DNA of 64,000 bases from the human T2T-CHM13v2.0 reference genome, Homo sapiens. A program made the position numbers and the translations under genes. The stretch lies in the NCBI RefSeq assembly GCF_009914755.1, contig NC_060925.1, one strand, 5' to 3'. This document shows positions 55,032 to 64,000 of the stretch, in pieces (positions within the stretch are counted from its first letter, which is position 1; each line of letters opens with the position of its first letter). The notes under the pieces are model-generated. The model searched no databases. It was not told the DNA's origin and saw only the letters and a list, made by a program, of their open reading frames with translations.

Positions 55032-58000
55032 CTATCTTATATTGTAAATGCAAACAAAAGTTTGCAACTCATATACAATATTTATTTTTCCTTTCATCTT
55101 CTTTTAATAAGAACTTAGACTTGTTTACCTTTGGAAAATATTTTTCACTTTTATATTACATTAGAAATGCCACTCTTTAAAAATCAATATTTAAAATGCA
55201 AAATTAGTAGCTGAAGTGTTTGTTCTGAAACAGATCCACTACCCTCTTATGTCCTACAGAATTTCTGAGTAAGCTCTACCAATCATTTGCATCAGAATCT
55301 TATGGAATACGAACAGTGTCTATTTCGGGGACTCAACACTAGATCCACTAAATCAGAATCACTGGAAAGCAGCCTAGGAATCTATTTTAAACAAATTGCC
55401 CAAGTGATAGTAGCATACACTAAAATATCAGAACCACTGATACATAAATTGTTTTCCCGAAGAACATTGTGGATATGAGTGAGTTGAAGTATATATTTTG
55501 GAATAAGTTCTGAGGACATATTTTGGTCTGTTTTTTTGTGTTTCATCAGATTTTTCCATCTTTTACTGCCTTTGTTTTCCTTTTCAAATATTTAGCAATG
55601 TATGTTCCTTAGGTATCCAAAAAAATAGCTTCAGGAGTAGAATTATAAAGAAGTACAAATGAAATTATAGTAAAAATATTAAGAAAAGTTTCCTTTTTAG
55701 AAATCCCCTACCATCATTTAATCATATAAAAAGCCAGAGATTACACTGAATAATTATTTGCATCAGTTAAGATTCTGTCAGTTTCAAGTGAATGCACACC
55801 AACTCAAAATGGTTTAAGCAATAATAAAGACCTAGAGAGTAGGCCTTTCTTCAGGCATGACAGAAGTAATATTACCAAGGTGCTGGTTTCTCTTTCTACT
55901 CTCTTCCCCGACCCTGCCTTCCATGCATCAGCTGCATAATCAGGTTTCACATAATGGCCCTCTTGAAACTCCTTGTGTCTCACTGAGTTGTGTGCCCATT
56001 CCAGAACCAATCACAGTGGCTACAGGGATGGGACGCACTGATTAGCTTATGCCCTGGAGCTGCTGGTTGGTCGGTCACCTTCCAAATCACATTAGATGAA
56101 AGTTAGAAAGGAGTTAAGTTCATGGTACCACCACTAAAAGGAAGTGATGAATGGATGCTAGGGACATAACCAGCTAATGTCTACTGTAATATTTATTTAA
56201 ACTTTCTTGATAATAATGTTCACTAAACCTTTAGTGATTGGACATAATATACATGAAATCCTATTTTAATCAGTTTGATGCTGCATCAGAATTAGGCAGA
56301 ATTTTCTGCACATTGCCTTTAGGAAACTTGAGGTCTATTTCACACAATCAGTGTCTTTCTAATATGCTTAATTGGCTATGAGCTAAGTAAGCCCTGAAAA
56401 CGGTGATTCTCAATCTTAATTACACTAGAATGAGTTGGAGAGTCTTCAAAGTAAAGATGCTCAGGCTCCCACTTAGACCTGTTGATTTGTGGGGCCTGAG
56501 TATCTGTATCTTGTAAAAGCTCTACAAGAGCCTCTAATATCAAAACTGCATCAATTGTCATTGCCCCACAGAATCTATCTTACTTTCATATCTTCTTCTT
56601 CACTGTCATTTTCTGGATAGCCCCAGGACTGCAATGAGTCACTGTTGAGTTCTGAAATATCTGTCGGGTCTGACCATAGACTTAACATGAAACAAACCAT
56701 ATCATTCAGAAAACTATTATAAAACTGTTTTTTCCAAAACTGCTCAAACTGCAACCAGCTAAACGAATGGAAAGAAGTACTTATACACACTATTAAATGT
56801 TAACCATTTCATTGCCCTTGGCTTCTTTCAAAATTTTACATTTCATATATACTGTAAAATATTAAAATTATTTATCTCCTTGATTCATTAGAAGCTTAGT
56901 ACATTTTGAGAGCAGAAAAAAACACAAAACATTTTAAGATGGATTAAAGTCATTATGACCATGAGAAAAAAAATGGTTTTTTTTCCAGTGTTCATTGTAT
57001 GTAACCTAGAGTATTATAGATTACATTTTTCTTTGGATTCAGTTTATTTAAACAAAGTTTATTGTGGCATTGAAGATATTAGAACTAAATTTTTAAGAAA
57101 CTGACAAATTCATCATTTCCTGGGCTTCACTGGTCATTTAGGAATACTGATTTGGAAAATATGCCAAGTGGCCCATTAATTATCCACAAGGCCATTTTTA
57201 CGGTGTATAGTCCCACCTGGACTGTCCTGAACTTCACAGTGTAAAATGACAGAAGGAATGAAAATGACATTAAAAGATTTGTTCCAAAATAACACATCGT
57301 GATAAAGTGAAATAGAAACCATTGCTATTTCTATAGCCATTAACTTTCCATTTCCTGAGAAATGCTTTTAATACTCTATGAGGATATATACAGAAACAAC
57401 AGTAATAACATCATATGTAATAACTCAGGTAGCTAGAGAATTCACGATGAAGTTGGTCTCAGAAATATACTTCTGTATTCCTATTTTAATGAACATATAA
57501 ATCATATTTTGCCATTATATTTGTCGGTAACTTATTCATAACATTTGAAATTTGAATCAGAAATAATCTTCAAACAGTCTGTTTTGTGGCATAAGAGAAT
57601 TGTTATGACCACTTTAACGTTTAAGAAAGGAAATTTGAAACTCACGGTATTCATAAATTTAAACTGAAATCATCATTGTCCTAATTCCTTAGTGAGAATG
57701 TGTTTAAGATTTTAATTCATATGAAGTGGTTAGCACAGTTCCTGGGACTTAGTAAACAGTCAGTAAATAATAGTTGTGTTAATATTATCATCATCACTGT
57801 TGTTTCTACTGCCATCACCGCTGTGACTGTCACCTTTTAGCCACTTCTTTCTTAAGGATAGTTTAATTTGATTTCCTTTTAGTTGGAATTGACAAGTTGT
57901 TTTCATAATCCATTTTGTCCCTCTGAACGTCTTGCATGAGTAATTTTAAAAAATTTTCTCCCTTTTATATGAATAGTCTTATTAATATATGTAGAACTTG

Positions 58001-58039
58001 TTATAAAATATGAAAGAAAATGTAAATTGTTAAAGTCTT

Positions 58040-58990
58040 AATTGCACAGTAGAATGGTATATACTATACTAAATATCTTTCATGCCTTATGCCACTTTTT
58101 CGTAGAGGCAAGACTTATGGAAAATTATCCTTCTATTTTTTATCATTATTTATATATATATGTATATGTACATATACATATTTACATTTATATTTATTTC
58201 TATACCTATATATTGAAAGCCATGCATTCACATTGAGACTACCAATTTTAATTCAGCACCACAGGATTCATACTAATTTTCTCCCTTTTTATATGTGTAG
58301 CTACCTTTTTCCATAGTGAAAAGCATGGCTTCTGTTATCCTTAATGTATTAACTCATTTGATCAGTCTCTTTGAATGTAGCCAGTGTTCTGTTGCAGCCA
58401 TCCCTTCTTCCATATAAACATATTCATTCCCAAACTCAGGTTCTAACTCCCTGTGTTTATTTTCTCCTCCTGCATGAAGTCCTCATTGTATTTGGCCTCT
58501 GACACCAAGTAAAAGCTCTCCTCACCCTGCAAAGGTTTTGAAGCCTCATACCAGGCTGGCCCTGATGCAGGACACCAGCCTTGGGCTCTGACATCCCACA
58601 CTAGACCACTCTTCTACGGAAACACTCTCCTTACTCTACTTGGAACCTGATACCTGAACTGGCTCACCCCTCTGAATGGGTGCCCTTCTCACCCTGCAGA
58701 AGGTTCTGGCAGCCCATTCTGTGTTACTATGTGTTGCCCTCAATGAAATGTCTTCTTTACCCCACCAAGGCTCTACACCCGAGGCAAGGCCATCCCTCTG
58801 TGGAAATGTTCTCCTTATTCTGCTCAGGATCTGATGGCCACCACCAGGCTGCCCATCTGGGCTCTCTCCCCACGCCAAGTCCACCTCTTCATATCTTTCT
58901 TCCCATCCTGGCATGGACATCCTGTTCACCCTGCTGGTGTGCCACGTGCCACTCCTCTGTGAGGACACCCTCCTCACCCTGCTTGGACAT
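58040..58990 (-). mobile_element. Second L1MC-type 3' UTR with a degenerate array
   Basis: Shares cagcaccacag...tttgatcagtct and the CTCACCCTGC/GGCTCTGA array with 13760-14840. Confidence 0.6.
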
Positions 58991-58999
58991 AATTGATTT

Positions 59000-59099
59000 T
59001 TTTTAACTTTTATTTTAAGCTCAGGGGTACATGTGCAGGTTTGTTGTATAGGTAAACTTGTGTCATAGGGGTTTATTGTATAGATTATTTCATCACCCT
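59000..59099 (-). mobile_element. About 100-bp L1P 3' end
   Basis: L1 3' terminus; TSD TAATTG(A/G)TTTT. Confidence 0.8.
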
Positions 59100-59170
59100 T
59101 AATTGGTTTTGTAAGTTAATGACCCCTCGACAGTCCCTCTGTAAAGTCTAAGATGATGATGATTTTATAT

Positions 59171-59174
<4 letters not shown>

Positions 59175-59216
<42 letters not shown>
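59175..59216. repeat. (TG)21 microsatellite
   Basis: Perfect dinucleotide run. Confidence 0.97.
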
Positions 59217-59219
<3 letters not shown>

Positions 59220-60453
59220 CCACTAACTTATATTGACCATTACGCACATGTGGCCATACTTTATGTCTCAGATAATTCAGATATTTCCCTTTTCCAGATG
59301 TCTATGAAATGGCCACCAAGTATAATCTTCAGAGTATTGCAACTAGATATAATTTTTGGCCTTCTGAGATTAAAGACAGAGAAACTGAGTGGTGGAACTG
59401 TCCATGGTACTGACAAGTCCCTAGCCTCTCTTCTGGATTCTAGCGTAGCTGCCTTAAATCCGACCATTGTGAATCTTCCCCACTGTTACAGATCTAACTA
59501 TACCTCTTACTTGTTTCTGAGATTTTTTTTCTAAAGCCCTGTAAAACCTGACTTCATTTCCACACTTTGACTGTCTAGGAGCTTTTGTAAATCTGTACAC
59601 CATTCTCTGAATTTATTATATCTTACTCTGATCTTTTTATTTTCCCACAATGGTCAGAGGACCTTTCTATAAGCCAGCTGGAGGATAACTAACTTCAAAA
59701 GGTGGTACCTTCTTTTAATTAATAGACATGCTCATATGTTAGAGTCCTAATGTTGCAGTTATACCCCTTTCTAGGAGGAGAACTTTCTGAAAGTGCACAT
59801 ATATTTCTAGCAAAGCATCTTAGCAGTTGCCCTCAGGTCAGGTTCTCTGGAGAATCAGACTCAGTTTGGGAGGCAGTGACTTTTGCTGTATTCCACTGGG
59901 ATATAGGTTCTTCAACACTTATTATTCCTATAATATAATGGATGCAGCTTTTGTGACAACCTCAAATTTATACCAGAAGCTATTATCACTGGAGAAGTCC
60001 TCAGATTCTTATGCTGCTCTTCATATTTACTGAAAGTATAATAAGAAATGAGTTAATAGATATTGTATAGCAAATAGGTTTATTTCATTTGATAGCAGAG
60101 GACACCAGTAACTACTTAAATCTGATTGAGTAGCTGGAGTTAGTCAATAGTGGTGCCAGTAATGGTGAATCTGATAGTGGTGTCCAGTGTATTAGTATTT
60201 TCTCTTGCCTCCCATATTTTATTAATATATTCACTTATCCATTCTAAGTGAACTGACAGAAAGATCAAAACCTCTGTACTTTCTGAAGTATTATTCCTTT
60301 TGCTTCTTGTGCAAGGTGGAGGTGAATAAAAATTTGTAAGAATCCTAGAGCTGAGTACTAATTTTGATGTTTTTTTGGCAACTGTCTGGTTGTTTATTTT
60401 TGAGAACCTAGCCCAAAAGATGTCTTAGTCACAGCTGATTATCTTATTTACTC

Positions 60454-61019
<566 letters not shown>

Positions 61020-61525
61020 TGATTATCTTGCTCTTAACTATGCATTACTCTTATTTATTTGAACATCTGTATCTAAGTTTTACAGTTTTAAGCTTAGCAT
61101 CATCATTAGTATTAATGAAATAGAGCCCTGAGTTTCTTGCCTTAGTTGAACACATACTTAAATCATTTGTAAAACACTTCAACTGTTTACAGAGTGTTTT
61201 CACATACAGTATACCTTTAAAGCTTCATACTTTTGTCCTTAAACTCACCATATACAATAATGAACTCCTTTCTGCCCCTACCCCTAAACATGCTTTTCCT
61301 CCTCCTCCATTTCCTAAATCATTTTACAGTACCACTGTAAAACTGTTGATAAAGCTAGGAGCCATAACCTCATCATACAAATCTCATCCTGTCGATCTGG
61401 GTTCATTGAGTTTCTCAAAGGTTTGGATTTGTAGTTTTAATTAAAGGGAACCTTTTGCCAGTACTTCTTCAAATATTAATTCTGGCCACATAACCCCTTT
61501 CTGAAACTCTGATACATATATATGA

Positions 61526-61893
<368 letters not shown>

Positions 61894-64000
61894 TCCCTGT
61901 CTTTTTTTTCCTCTGTGGTTTGATTTTAGACCTTCTATTGCTGTATCTTTGGGTTCATTGATCTTGTCCTGTGCAATGTCTATGTTGGTAATCCAGTCCA
62001 GTGTATTTCTCATCTCAGATAGATTTTTCAGCCTCTATAAGTTAAATTTTGGTCTATTTTATATAGTCTGTGTCTCTTCTTAACAAGCCCATGTTTTCTT
62101 CTATTGTCTTGAACCATGGGACATATTTATAATCGCTGTTTTAAGGTCCATGTCTACAAATTCTATCATCTGTTTAGTTTCTGGATCAGTTTTTATCAAT
62201 TGACTTTTTTTCCTTAATATGGGTTTTATTTTCCTTCTTCTTTTCATGCTTGATAATTTTTAATGGATCCCAGATATTGTGGATTATACATTGTTGGGTG
62301 CTAAATTATTTTGTTTTCTCTTACTTTTGAGCTTTGTTCTTGGATGCAATCAGGCAACTTGAAAACATTTTGATCCTTTTGAGGCTTGCTTTTAAGTTTT
62401 GCTATAGAAAACTAGACATTGTTTATTCTAGGGCTAATTTGACCCCACTACTCAGGCAATTTCCTTCTAAGTACTCAACTCAGTGCCCCATATATTATGT
62501 TTTCTACACTTTGTTCAGAATGTGAATTATTCTCAGGCCTATGTGAGTTGTGGGGATTGTTCTGCTTGATTCCTTCCAGCACTTCTTTCCTTGGCCATAG
62601 GTAGTTTGGGATTCAAAATGAATTTTTAAACTATGAGTGAGACTTAAGCATATTTAAATATGGCTGAGACAAATTCACTGAAGCCTGATATTTAGGATGT
62701 GAGACAAGAAGCCTGTAGAAAATAGGATCCAGACAGCAGGTGGAGAAATTGGTCTGAAATACAAGGGATGCCTCCTCTTACAATGGTAAGAAAGAAGGAG
62801 AGAATCCAGATGTCAGAAAGTTTGTAGATATTTTCACAGGAAGTTGAGGAAGTTTCCACATATTGAGAGGTGTGTGTGTATGCGTGCATGTGTATGTGAG
62901 AGAGAGAGAAGCAGGAGGCAGGAATGAGTAAGGAGAAAGGGAACGGGGTCAGTGATTTTAGGAGAATGGAACTGGGTCAGCTGATTTTAGAAAATGGAAG
63001 ATTTATAATAATTGGGGAAATGGAAAAATAAATTTACCCGAGAAGTATAACTAGATTGTAAGTATAGCCAGATGATGGCCAAAGTTCCAATTCATCCCAT
63101 TGTGTGATGCTTTTCCTAGTACAATCAAGGAGTTAATTGGTTCTTCCAAGGTTAGCGTTTTGGCAGCTTGGAATGCCAGCTTGATAGAGGAAGAAGTAAG
63201 GACAAGAAGGGGCTGATGAACAAAAAGTATAGTGTCAAGCACTGAAGGTCCAGTCAAAGCATGGTGTTATGAGAGCAGTTGAGTGGGCAAATTATGTTAG
63301 AAAAAAGAGGTGTAGTTAGCACCTGTTTTACTTAGTAACTTTGGCGAAGACCTCACCGTAGCCTCTGGTGGTGCCGAGGCCCAATAAATAATAGTGAGAC
63401 TGGGAGGGAGAAGTCATTAGAGATGAGAAAATCAAATAACTTAGTGTGCAGACTGTTAGAAGGATCATTCATGTGGAAATTTAATTCACCTTAAGTCACA
63501 TTAAGTCAGAGAGATGTTAGGGTACAGGGGAATCTGTGAGCCAGGTGGAATTCTTCACTAAAGGAGCAGGCCTCACTAGATGATTAGCAGTTGAAACATT
63601 GCTGAGAGGGAGAAGATGGTACAGTCAGATGGCAGGAGCTTCAGACTGAACCACAATCTGCAGGAGTGCCTCATGGATCCTGGTAACATATGCTTGAAAA
63701 TTTTATACAAATGAATTTCTGTCAGTGTTTGGGCAGATTTGAAGGGACTTACCCAATTTTGTAATTTGTATCAATCCCCTCTGAAGGCCCAAACAATATC
63801 GGGAACTCTGAAGAGGAGGCAGGTGTGGGCCCCAGATTTGAAAGGTAAACTCGTAGGACACAGCCTCCTTCACCTCCTATGCTCACATTCTTGATGGGCG
63901 GTTACCATACCCCCACCAAAAATCATCACCATCCCACTGGCACTCTTCCTTGGTAGAAATGTGGGGACCTCACTACTCTTGTGAATTATAGAGGGAAAAA

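Noticed and set aside
63640-64000. GC-richer unassigned segment at the window end
   Set aside because: No ORF or family could be recognised and it is cut by the window edge.

Overview
Primate (most likely human) genomic DNA, AT-rich and repeat-dense, from inside the synaptotagmin-14 (SYT14) gene on the + strand. Two coding exons are clear: 21245-21516 (linker) and 26935-27384 (C2A domain). The rest is intronic. It contains a 5.1-kb antisense HERV-H provirus (38014-43133; two LTR7 LTRs, tRNA-His PBS, CTAAT TSD), an ancient ERVL pol remnant, three L1PA 3' ends (one with a twin-priming inversion), several solo LTRs, about 20 Alus and DNA-transposon fossils. I see no wholly new gene system. The best leads are: (1) a candidate 24-nt frame-preserving microexon at 20427-20450 whose phase matches the next SYT14 exon; (2) a candidate 90-nt poison exon at 53879-53968; (3) a composite Alu+LTR retrocopy with its own poly(A) and TSD; (4) a one-LTR THE1 integrant with a nearby templated copy; (5) a perfect 68-bp tandem duplication. 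Repeat subfamily names and SYT14 identity come from remembered consensus sequences, not from a search.
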